This document shows positions 9,698 to 16,677 of a stretch of DNA of 56,477 bases, piece after piece (position 1 is the stretch's first letter; every line of letters starts with the position of its first letter). The notes under the pieces are model-generated. The model saw only the letters and a program-made list of their open reading frames with translations, was not told the origin of the DNA and did no database searches. The stretch is taken from the IMG/VR virus record IMGVR_UViG_3300043173_000175, positions 1 to 56,477 of that record; one strand, given 5' to 3'. The DNA is from a virus (lineage: Duplodnaviria; Caudoviricetes). Made by a program: the position numbers and the translations under genes.

Positions 9698-10203
9698 TGA
9701 ATCGCCTTTATCGCTTCGGAAACCGTGATTATGCCACCGTACATCGGCTTGGCCAGCTTGCCAGCAATAACCCGCAAGGCCCGCTGGCGCTCGTTCCGAT
9801 CACTGTGCAAACGGCAAAATTCACGATATTCAGCCCGGTGCGCCTCAAGCTCCTGCTCCAATCGGAACTCAGGATCCCGCAAAAACCGCCGCCACCAGAC
9901 CTCAGCACCATTGCGACGATACCAGCGATTCAATTTCCGCTGCTGCTCGAAATGCACCGCCTCGTGCGCCACCAGCTCCGGGGAGAGCCCACCTCCCCCC
10001 GGATTGTAGATAATGCCGCCGTAAGCGAAGATATTGCGCTCCGATACCGGCAAAACCGCCCGGATCGAGCGAATGTTCGGCGGCCAGTCATTGACGATCG
10101 ATATACTCACTTCAATCGCCGGCACTTGCCACAGCGGATCACAGGTGGCCTGTTTTTCCGGTATTTTGGAATCATCAGGCCAAGACAGCCCAGAAGGCCA
10201 CAA
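9694..10203 (-). CDS. HExxH zincin-like metalloprotease domain protein (start uncertain)
   Basis: LVAHEAVH followed by E.ELEA motif. Confidence 0.6.
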   Translation of the reverse strand: MWPSGLSWPDDSKIPEKQATCDPLWQVPAIEVSISIVNDWPPNIRSIRAVLPVSERNIFAYGGIIYNPGGGGLSPELVAHEAVHFEQQRKLNRWYRRNGAEVWWRRFLRDPEFRLEQELEAHRAEYREFCRLHSDRNERQRALRVIAGKLAKPMYGGIITVSEAIKAIQ

Positions 10204-10237
10204 ACTACGCCGTTACGGGCTGGCCTACTTTTCCAGC

Positions 10238-10582
10238 TCACCCGATTTTCCGGGCCGCCTTGGCAGCGCCATGCTCAGCAGCACCCCCCAGATAGGACGC
10301 CTTTTTGTCGTCATGCACCTCAGCCTCAGTGGGCTCGGGCGGAACCTCACCCGCCGCAGGATCCTCACCCAGCTCGTCGGGAGCATCATCCTCAGCAGGA
10401 GCCTCGTCCTGGATCTCGGGCACCGGATCAGCAGCAGCATCCTCGCCAGCAGGATCAGCCACAGGAGCAGCCGGATCCGTACCCAGTATCTCCTCAGCAC
10501 TCACCACAGCCACATCATCGGGCCCAATTACGACCTCTTCTCTTGTTTCACTCACATCACTCTCCTCGTCCAAAACGGACAT
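10238..10582 (-). CDS. Highly acidic low-complexity protein
   Basis: D/E/A/P-rich ORF beginning MSVLDEESD; start chosen by inspection. Confidence 0.5.
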   Translation of the reverse strand: MSVLDEESDVSETREEVVIGPDDVAVVSAEEILGTDPAAPVADPAGEDAAADPVPEIQDEAPAEDDAPDELGEDPAAGEVPPEPTEAEVHDDKKASYLGGAAEHGAAKAARKIG

Positions 10583-10616
10583 CACAAAATCAAAATCCCG
10601 CAATAACGGGAATTCC

Positions 10617-10919
10617 TCAGCCGGCCTGCACATCGCAAAGCCGAAACGCGCACAGCGCAAATATCTGCTGCTTGGCATCGTCATACGCCAGCTCACGACC
10701 CAGCGACTCCTCAAAATTGTCGGGATTCGCACACGCCGACTTGCCGACCACCGTAAAGCCATTCCGCAGCGTGATAACGCACACCGTCACCGTGGTCCCA
10801 ATAAAATACTGATACTGCGATGCCAGTATCTCGTTCTCAACCATCTCCGTGGTCACGTACCGCGTCTTACCATCTGCTTCGAACTGCTTTTGCAGCTCCT
10901 CTCTATTGCGACTTGCCAT
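10617..10919 (-). CDS. N4 Gp49 / Sf6 gp66 family protein
   Basis: TTVTVC.ITLRNGFTVVG.SAC..P.NF...LGR..A signature; GGAG RBS before ATG at 10919. Confidence 0.8.
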   Translation of the reverse strand: MASRNREELQKQFEADGKTRYVTTEMVENEILASQYQYFIGTTVTVCVITLRNGFTVVGKSACANPDNFEESLGRELAYDDAKQQIFALCAFRLCDVQAG

Positions 10920-11343
10920 CTTCACTCTCCAGTTGCGGGCCCTCCTTGGCCACGATAAATGCCCTCTCGGGCGAAATTTTCGACATCTGCGCAGCAGCAA
11001 CTCGACCAAGCCGGTCAGGCCTCAAATCGATGCCACTCAACGAACCACCGGGCAACTCACAACCCTCAATAGCCGCGGGCTCCGGCAGGCCAGCGGGCAC
11101 GATGGAACTACGCGACCGCAGCCACTCGCGGCGATCCGGGCTCAGTGCATAGCCCAGGACACCCAAGAGCTTCTCGGTGCCACGCGGGCAGGCCTCAAAA
11201 TCAGAAAAAGACACTTTTTTCTCCGGGCTGAATTTTTTGGAAAATCGTGAGAGCTGGGCCCACCCACTCTGACCCGGCGCCATCAGCGGCCCCCCCCGGT
11301 CGCGGAAGGCACCCCCCTCGAAAAACTGCTCGCTCGTGGTCGG

Positions 11344-12030
11344 TCATTCCTTATCCATTGGGCTGGTGGCGGTGGCCGGGTTTGGCTCTACCACTGGGCC
11401 CGTTGCAGGCTGCGACACCTTAGGTGTCGGCTGGGCTGGGCTGGCTGGCATGGTGGCGGGCATGGCGTGTCCTTCAATGGTGACGCCCGCGGCCTGATCC
11501 TCGAGCATGAATAGAGCGAAGCGGCGCATCTTCTCCCGCTCACTGAGCCCGGTGATGTCTACCCGGTGGGACACCTCGCCGCCGTGCTCGTGCTCGACCC
11601 GGTCGCCGAAGGTCTTAGGCAGCAGCTTGGACAGCAGCCACTTGCGAGAGTCAACACGGAGCCGGCTGCGCTGTATGTGCTCCTGATCGACGGCCTCATA
11701 CTCGTGCCCGTTCCTGCCTATCCGGGTCACATAGTCTGTGGTGCCATCGTCGGCGATCTCGAGTATTTCCTCAGCCCAAGCCTGATAGAGGCCCTCCCGC
11801 GCCCGAGCGTATTGGACGGCGAACCCAGCATTCTCGACCAGCTCCTTATGGATGCGCTCCCTGCTGGGCATGTCCGGGTCGCGGGCTATGCTCCGCATGG
11901 ACTCGCCCTCGAATGTGCGCAGACATATAGACTCGAGCAAGGAGGGCGCCAGAACCATGGGCGGGCGGCCTATACGTCCTGAAGGGCTATTGCTTACAGG
12001 ATCCTTGCTATTGCTGGTTTTCGAGGTCAT
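11344..12030 (-). CDS. terS: Terminase small subunit
   Basis: GRP, GESMRSI..D..MPS, YARARE, EI.EIADD and RLRVDSRKWLLSKLLPK.FGDR motifs. Confidence 0.85.
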   Translation of the reverse strand: MTSKTSNSKDPVSNSPSGRIGRPPMVLAPSLLESICLRTFEGESMRSIARDPDMPSRERIHKELVENAGFAVQYARAREGLYQAWAEEILEIADDGTTDYVTRIGRNGHEYEAVDQEHIQRSRLRVDSRKWLLSKLLPKTFGDRVEHEHGGEVSHRVDITGLSEREKMRRFALFMLEDQAAGVTIEGHAMPATMPASPAQPTPKVSQPATGPVVEPNPATATSPMDKE

Positions 12031-12089
12031 TGGTCGCTCAGGGTTACAGGCCTGCCGGCTTGGCTCGAGTCTATCCTTTAATGGGCCAC

Positions 12090-12119
12090 TTGACACCCGG
12101 GCATTCTGTCCGGTAAGGT
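12090..12119 (+). promoter_or_regulatory. sigma70-type promoter of the plus-strand operon with operator-like inverted repeat
   Basis: TTGACA-18 nt-TAAGGT; the spacer holds the imperfect palindrome CGGGCA-TTC-TGTCCG (12098-12112). Confidence 0.7.
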
Positions 12120-12153
12120 CGGAGACCTTCACTTACTACGACAGGCCCCACCC

Positions 12154-12336
12154 ATGAACGAGCACGACATCGCCGGTTTAATCTTCGCCGCCCTTTTCGG
12201 CTGGGCACTTCTAAGGCCACTATTCATGGCCACCACCACATGCCCCGGTCATGGTTCAGACCTGATCGCCGGCACTTGCCCAGATTGCACCATTGAGGCT
12301 GACGACTGGGCCACCACTACGAGGAGCACGACATGA
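12154..12336 (+). CDS. Small protein with N-terminal hydrophobic helix and Cys/His cluster
   Basis: 60 aa first ORF after the promoter; CPGH...CPDC. Confidence 0.45.
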   Translation: MNEHDIAGLIFAALFGWALLRPLFMATTTCPGHGSDLIAGTCPDCTIEADDWATTTRSTT

Positions 12337-12722
12337 GACCAGCACCATGGAACAACGCAGAGAATAGGGCGCTCATCGCTCTATATTTCGCCATGCTTGG
12401 CCGAGCCAAGACTGGCACCGCCTACGTCAAAGCGGCCATGATTCGAAAGGCCCAGAAAAACGACCAACGAACATGGCAACACCCTTACGCCGGCCAGCTC
12501 GAGAAGCGCAGCCGCGGCAGCATCGAGGCCAAGCTAATGAACGCAAGCGCCGCCCATGCAGCGCTCAGGCCAGACGCCGAGACCATGGCGGCCCACGGTT
12601 ACAAAGCATGGGGCAATTATCAGGCTTCACTAAAGGATGCCATGCGCCGCATGATCGAAAGCCGCGAGAGCCAAACCGGCCCCGACTCCGAAAGCCTGCC
12701 AGCTCGTGAGCTGTTCTCGTGA
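12333..12722 (+). CDS. Stand-alone domain resembling the N-terminus of HNH/DUF3883-type endonucleases
   Basis: W...E.......YF.ML, RS.GSIE.K..N.SA and NYQ..L motifs; no nuclease domain. Confidence 0.55.
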   Translation: MRPAPWNNAENRALIALYFAMLGRAKTGTAYVKAAMIRKAQKNDQRTWQHPYAGQLEKRSRGSIEAKLMNASAAHAALRPDAETMAAHGYKAWGNYQASLKDAMRRMIESRESQTGPDSESLPARELFS

Positions 12723-13672
12723 CAGTAGTCACACTCCCACGGCTGGACGTCACCCGGCTGGCTGCAGACTACTCGCAGGCAGTCAGGGAGGCGCTCACCG
12801 CTGGCCAGCTCGAGAAGGTTAGGCGCGGCGATGCCATCGCCGACGATTACACCGACCCGGGCGAGCTGATGGCCGAGGCCATCTATCTACAGCGACCCAA
12901 CGCGGCCAGCATCGCCGACTATGCCGACGACATGACCACGGCCCACGATAGGGCCGAGGCTGCCGGCTGGCACTTGTCGCGCATCCTTATTGCTTGCGAG
13001 TTCTCGGGCACCGTTCGCGATGCTTTCGCGGCTCGAGGTCACAGCGTTATGAGCTGCGACATTCTCGAGACCGAGGCCCCGGGCGCTCACTATGTCGGCG
13101 ATGTTCGCGACGTACTGGCCGATGGCTGGCACCTCGCCGTGATGCACCCACCTTGTACTTATCTCGCAGCCTGCCAGCTCTGGCGCTGTCTGCCGAAACA
13201 TGCAGCCAAGCACCCGGGCCGCGCCGCCAAGAAAGCCGAAGCGCTCGAGTTTATCCGCGATCTAATGGCCGCGCCGATCCCACGCTGGGCGCTCGAGAAT
13301 CCCAAGGGCGCCATCGGTACAGAGATCCGGCCCATGGCGCAGATGATCCAGCCGTATGAATTCGGCCATGACCATTCGAAGCAGACCGGGCTATGGCTCG
13401 AGAACCTGCCGCCCCTTGTCAAGGATCCCGCCCAGTTCATACCGGGCCGCGATGCCATCGACAACAACGGCAACCCCTGCAAACGCTGGGCGAATCAATG
13501 CGACGGCTCAGGCGCCGACCGCATGGGCCCCAGCGCCGACCGCGGCCATAAGCGCTCCCGGTTCTTTGCCGGCATCGCCGACGCCATGGCAGCCCAGTGG
13601 GGCGGCATCGCCGAAACACTGACAGCGCCGGCACACGCGGCGCCCATTGGACAGCTCGAGCTATTCGCATGA
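12719..13672 (+). CDS. Phage DNA cytosine methyltransferase with ~85 aa N-terminal extension
   Basis: LIACEFSG.VR.AF...GH...SCD, HPPCTYL (PC catalytic), ALENP and K.T.LWL motifs. Confidence 0.75.
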   Translation: MTVVTLPRLDVTRLAADYSQAVREALTAGQLEKVRRGDAIADDYTDPGELMAEAIYLQRPNAASIADYADDMTTAHDRAEAAGWHLSRILIACEFSGTVRDAFAARGHSVMSCDILETEAPGAHYVGDVRDVLADGWHLAVMHPPCTYLAACQLWRCLPKHAAKHPGRAAKKAEALEFIRDLMAAPIPRWALENPKGAIGTEIRPMAQMIQPYEFGHDHSKQTGLWLENLPPLVKDPAQFIPGRDAIDNNGNPCKRWANQCDGSGADRMGPSADRGHKRSRFFAGIADAMAAQWGGIAETLTAPAHAAPIGQLELFA

Positions 13673-13676
13673 AATC

Positions 13677-13743
13677 GAGTGACCGCCTCAAGCAGACCGG
13701 GCCCACCATCCTGGGTCTGGCCTGCTTGGGGGGAATCATTCCC
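13677..13743 (+). repeat. Intergenic hairpin repeat, copy 1
   Basis: GAGTGACCGCCTCAAG-[CAGACCGGGCCCA...TGGGTCTGGCCTG]-CTTGGGGGGAATCATTCCC. Confidence 0.95.
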
Positions 13744-13781
13744 CGGGCGCCGTTTGGCGTCATCATTGAAAGGAGCACGAC

Positions 13782-14099
13782 ATGAGCGCAACACAAGAGC
13801 AACGCGCCGAAAGCGTCGACCGGGCTGTAAACGGTCAGAGCGTCAGGAACTACGAGGCCATCATTGCCGGCTTTGCAGAGCGCGGCATTGCAGCCACGCC
13901 ACGTGAGGACGTTTTCACCTATAACGCATGGCGCGGCCTTGGCCGGCAAGTTCGAAAGGGCGAGCACGGCATCAAGATCGAGACATGGATACCTTGTAAG
14001 AGCAAGGCCGACGAGAACGGCGAGCGCGAAAGCTACAAGCGCCGCAAGGTCACGGCGGTTTTTCACGTATCGCAGACCGACGCCACCGAGGAGGGCTAA
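13782..14099 (+). CDS. ArdC-like N-terminal ssDNA-binding domain (antirestriction-associated)
   Basis: TYNAW..LGRQVRKGEHG..I and VFHVSQTD motifs of ArdC-N/DUF1738. Confidence 0.75.
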   Translation: MSATQEQRAESVDRAVNGQSVRNYEAIIAGFAERGIAATPREDVFTYNAWRGLGRQVRKGEHGIKIETWIPCKSKADENGERESYKRRKVTAVFHVSQTDATEEG

Positions 14100-14102
14100 G
14101 CC

Positions 14103-14381
14103 ATGGCCACCACTAAAAAGCCGTGGACGCGGCACAAGATCAAGGACAGCGCTCTCAAGCAGCTTGCAGCAGCCGCCAACAGGCCGACCGGCAGCCTATA
14201 CCCGGGCATCGGTTACGGGGCGCCCTCGAGCCGTGCGGCGCTGATTGCCCGCGGGCTGGCCGTTGACGTCAAAATCGAGAGCGACGGACGCGGCCCCTAC
14301 AGTTCCGGCAATGTCTGGGACTGCCGCATAACTGAAGAGGGCCGGCAGGCCCTCGAGGAGGCCCGGGCCGCTGGCTGGTGA
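14103..14381 (+). CDS. Hypothetical protein (possible winged helix)
   Basis: 92 aa; AL..RGL...ITEEGR.AL pattern. Confidence 0.55.
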   Translation: MATTKKPWTRHKIKDSALKQLAAAANRPTGSLYPGIGYGAPSSRAALIARGLAVDVKIESDGRGPYSSGNVWDCRITEEGRQALEEARAAGW

Positions 14382-14437
14382 GTGACTGCCTCAAGGGCCC
14401 GGGCCGCTGGCTCGGATCCTTGGGGGGAATCATTCCC
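14380..14437 (+). repeat. Intergenic hairpin repeat, copy 2
   Basis: GAGTGACTGCCTCAAG-[GGCCCGGGCCGCTGGCTCGGATC]-CTTGGGGGGAATCATTCCC. Confidence 0.95.
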
Positions 14438-14457
14438 GACAACACAAGGAGCACGAC

Positions 14458-14619
14458 ATGAGAACAGCACAAGCCGCGGCGCTGGCCGCTTTGACCCTCG
14501 CCCTTGGGGCGCTGGCCTATGAATTGACAATGACGGCCACCCTGCTGGGCGGTTATCTACCGCTGGCATTTATCACCGCCGCCCCGGTTCTTGGCTTTGC
14601 ACTGGGGAGGGCGGCATGA
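14458..14619 (+). CDS. Small membrane protein (53 aa, two hydrophobic segments)
   Basis: Read manually: MRTAQAAALAALTLALGALAYELTMTATLLGGYLPLAFITAAPVLGFALGRAA; AAGGAG RBS. Confidence 0.65.
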   Translation: MRTAQAAALAALTLALGALAYELTMTATLLGGYLPLAFITAAPVLGFALGRAA

Positions 14620-14960
14620 GGAACGCGAGATTCTGGGAGTTTATCAACGGGGCCCCGGTCAAGCTGACGCTGACACCGGGCCAGACCTTGCACCATTACC
14701 AAGGCGGGCCGACTGATGAGGGCTGGAGCAGCGAGGCGACGAGCTGGCGCCTTTCGAACAATGGCCGGATGCTGCGCCGCGAGCATACCAGCGACGGCGC
14801 CGACTGTGACGGCAGGGTGTCGAGCGGCTGCGATGCCGTGGCCTTGCCGGATCCTGCCGACTTCGTGCCGCTCTACTATTCGCCGGAGCTGAGCCGGCCA
14901 TACTGGCGCGATGCCGGAGGCTGGCAGCGCGACCGGCAGGCCGAGGCTGCAGGTTACTGA
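14616..14960 (+). CDS. Hypothetical protein
   Basis: 114 aa, ATGA overlap; stop abuts repeat 3. Confidence 0.65.
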   Translation: MRNARFWEFINGAPVKLTLTPGQTLHHYQGGPTDEGWSSEATSWRLSNNGRMLRREHTSDGADCDGRVSSGCDAVALPDPADFVPLYYSPELSRPYWRDAGGWQRDRQAEAAGY

Positions 14961-15016
14961 GTGACCGCCTCAAGTGCCGGGGCCCAGGGTGCCGGCACTT
15001 GGGGGGAATCATTCCC
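14959..15016 (+). repeat. Intergenic hairpin repeat, copy 3
   Basis: GAGTGACCGCCTCAAG-[TGCCGGGGCCCAGGGTGCCGGCA]-CTTGGGGGGAATCATTCCC. Confidence 0.95.
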
Positions 15017-15054
15017 GCGGGGCCGTTTGGCCTCTCACTGAAAAAGGACAAATC

Positions 15055-15549
15055 ATGTTCACATCACAACGATACATCGACGACCGGAGCGGCGAGATTG
15101 TGACCCAGATCCCGCTAATGGAGATCGCCCACTTTGACGAGTACAACGGCCCGCTACAGGCTGGCGACGTCAAGCTGCCAGACGCCAAGCCGGAGCCGGA
15201 AGCCGACCCGCTGGCCGCTGCAATCGTGGGCGCCATTTTCGTCTATACGTGGGGATACGATCAGACGAACGCTTACTTTTACGAGGTCGTTAAGCGCACT
15301 CCCAAGTCAGTCATGGTGCGCCGGCTCGAGGCCATCGAAACTCCCGACCCTGACGGCTTTATGACCGGCCAGACCGTGCCGCAGCCCGGGCAATTCTGCC
15401 GGGATCAGTTCCAGCACGTTATCCCGGCCCAGCGCAAGGCCCTGAAGGCCTACCGCTACGGCGACGAGGCCGAGCCGATGCTGACGTTCGATTATGGCGT
15501 GGGCACCCTTTGGAACGGCGAGCCGGTACGGGTTAGCCATTACGCATAG
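15055..15549 (+). CDS. Hypothetical protein (WGYDQTN motif)
   Basis: AAGGA RBS before ATG at 15055; 164 aa. Confidence 0.65.
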   Translation: MFTSQRYIDDRSGEIVTQIPLMEIAHFDEYNGPLQAGDVKLPDAKPEPEADPLAAAIVGAIFVYTWGYDQTNAYFYEVVKRTPKSVMVRRLEAIETPDPDGFMTGQTVPQPGQFCRDQFQHVIPAQRKALKAYRYGDEAEPMLTFDYGVGTLWNGEPVRVSHYA

Positions 15550-15551
15550 GC

Positions 15552-15612
15552 GAGTGACCGCCTCAAGGGCCCGGGGCCGTTTGGCCTCGGATCCTTGGGG
15601 GGAATCATTCCC
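15552..15612 (+). repeat. Intergenic hairpin repeat, copy 4
   Basis: GAGTGACCGCCTCAAG-[GGCCCGGGGCCGTTTGGCCTCGGATC]-CTTGGGGGGAATCATTCCC. Confidence 0.95.
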
Positions 15613-15629
15613 GACACAAGGAGCACAAC

Positions 15630-15890
15630 ATGAGTATTTTCGAAGAACTGAAGGGCGCCGGCTGCGAGCTGGACAGCCACGAGGGCGATCTATACGTCAA
15701 GGACACGCCGGAAGCGCGGGCCATCCTGGATGGTAACGGTAAGAAGGTCGACGGCTGGAACGTGCAGCCGTTTACCAGCAACATCGACGGCGCCCGCTGG
15801 CTTGATATTCCTTTCGCTTATCGTCCCTACTGGGACAGGCTCGAGGCGCTGGCCGCCAAGATTATGAAGGGCCGCGAGGCGCGGGCATGA
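15630..15890 (+). CDS. Hypothetical protein
   Basis: 86 aa, AAGGAG RBS. Confidence 0.65.
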   Translation: MSIFEELKGAGCELDSHEGDLYVKDTPEARAILDGNGKKVDGWNVQPFTSNIDGARWLDIPFAYRPYWDRLEALAAKIMKGREARA

Positions 15891-16132
15891 GCTGGCCAAT
15901 CCGCTGGCGCGTCACGTTTTATCAGTGCGGCGTCACTGGCATAGAGCCGGAATTCTACCGGACGAAAGCGGCAGCCCAGCAGGCCGCCGCTGAGTTCCTG
16001 CGCGAGATGCTACCAATGCCCGGGCACCACCGGGCCGGCAGTATCTACCGCGACGGCTGGGCCCGTATCGTCGACGGTATGGGCGCCACTGAGGCGCTGG
16101 CCGAGGTTGAGGACAGGAGGGCCGAGCAATGA
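15887..16132 (+). CDS. Hypothetical protein
   Basis: 81 aa, ATGA overlap. Confidence 0.6.
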   Translation: MSWPIRWRVTFYQCGVTGIEPEFYRTKAAAQQAAAEFLREMLPMPGHHRAGSIYRDGWARIVDGMGATEALAEVEDRRAEQ

Positions 16133-16332
16133 ATAAGCGCGAGTTTATCAGGCAGAACCGGGCCGAGATTGACGCGGTAATTAACGCCGTGATTTATCGG
16201 CACGATGGCAACGGTGGGCGCGGCACTATCCCAGACCCGCCGCCAAGCCGTGACGACGACGAGCGGGCCGGCTGGCTCGCCAATGACGAGGGCCTGTACT
16301 GCTGGGCCCGATCGGAGGGCGTGAAGATCTAA
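16129..16332 (+). CDS. Hypothetical protein
   Basis: 67 aa, AGGAGG RBS; W..NDEGLY.W motif. Confidence 0.65.
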   Translation: MNKREFIRQNRAEIDAVINAVIYRHDGNGGRGTIPDPPPSRDDDERAGWLANDEGLYCWARSEGVKI

Positions 16333-16334
16333 GC

Positions 16335-16395
16335 GAGTGACCGCCTCAAGGGCCCGGGGCCGTTTGGCCTCGGATCCTTGGGGGGAATCATTCCC
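16335..16395 (+). repeat. Intergenic hairpin repeat, copy 5 (identical to copy 4)
   Basis: Same 61 bp as 15552-15612. Confidence 0.95.
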
Positions 16396-16416
16396 GCAAC
16401 CAAGGAGCACAAGACC

Positions 16417-16677
16417 ATGAAAAATAACCCGCAATTTGTCAATGGCTGGCAAGCGCCGAGCTATACCGCCAAGATCCAGCGCAGCGCTTATTTGCGCCGG
16501 CTGATTTGGTGGGCGTGGCGCCGCTACTGCCTGAACGAGGACTATTACCGAGTCATTCGGCGATTCACTGGGCCGCGGCCACGTGGCACTAATCAGGTCA
16601 GCACCATCAAGGCCAACGCTACCGCCTTTCGCTACTACATTGAGCCGCGCACTCGCCGGCCATGGGGGGCGGCGTGA
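16417..16677 (+). CDS. Basic hypothetical protein
   Basis: AAGGAG RBS, ATG at 16417. Confidence 0.6.
   Translation: MKNNPQFVNGWQAPSYTAKIQRSAYLRRLIWWAWRRYCLNEDYYRVIRRFTGPRPRGTNQVSTIKANATAFRYYIEPRTRRPWGAA

Noticed and set aside
9670-10958. Long plus-strand ORFs (380, 190 and 217 aa) and similar antisense ORFs elsewhere, e.g. 28452-29468
   Set aside because: Shadows of real opposite-strand genes in GC-rich DNA; low-complexity translations without recognisable motifs
15039-15047. CTGAAAAAG resembling the lambda boxB loop
   Set aside because: No flanking GCCC/GGGC stem or boxA; it merges into the RBS of the next gene
13677-16395. Repeats as a CRISPR array
   Set aside because: Units are 58-67 bp, separated by 0.5-0.7 kb of intact genes rather than 30-40 bp spacers; no cas genes in the window
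13677-16395. Repeats as integron attC sites or intrinsic terminators
   Set aside because: No RYYYAAC/GTTRRRY ends, no integron integrase, and no U-tract after the stems
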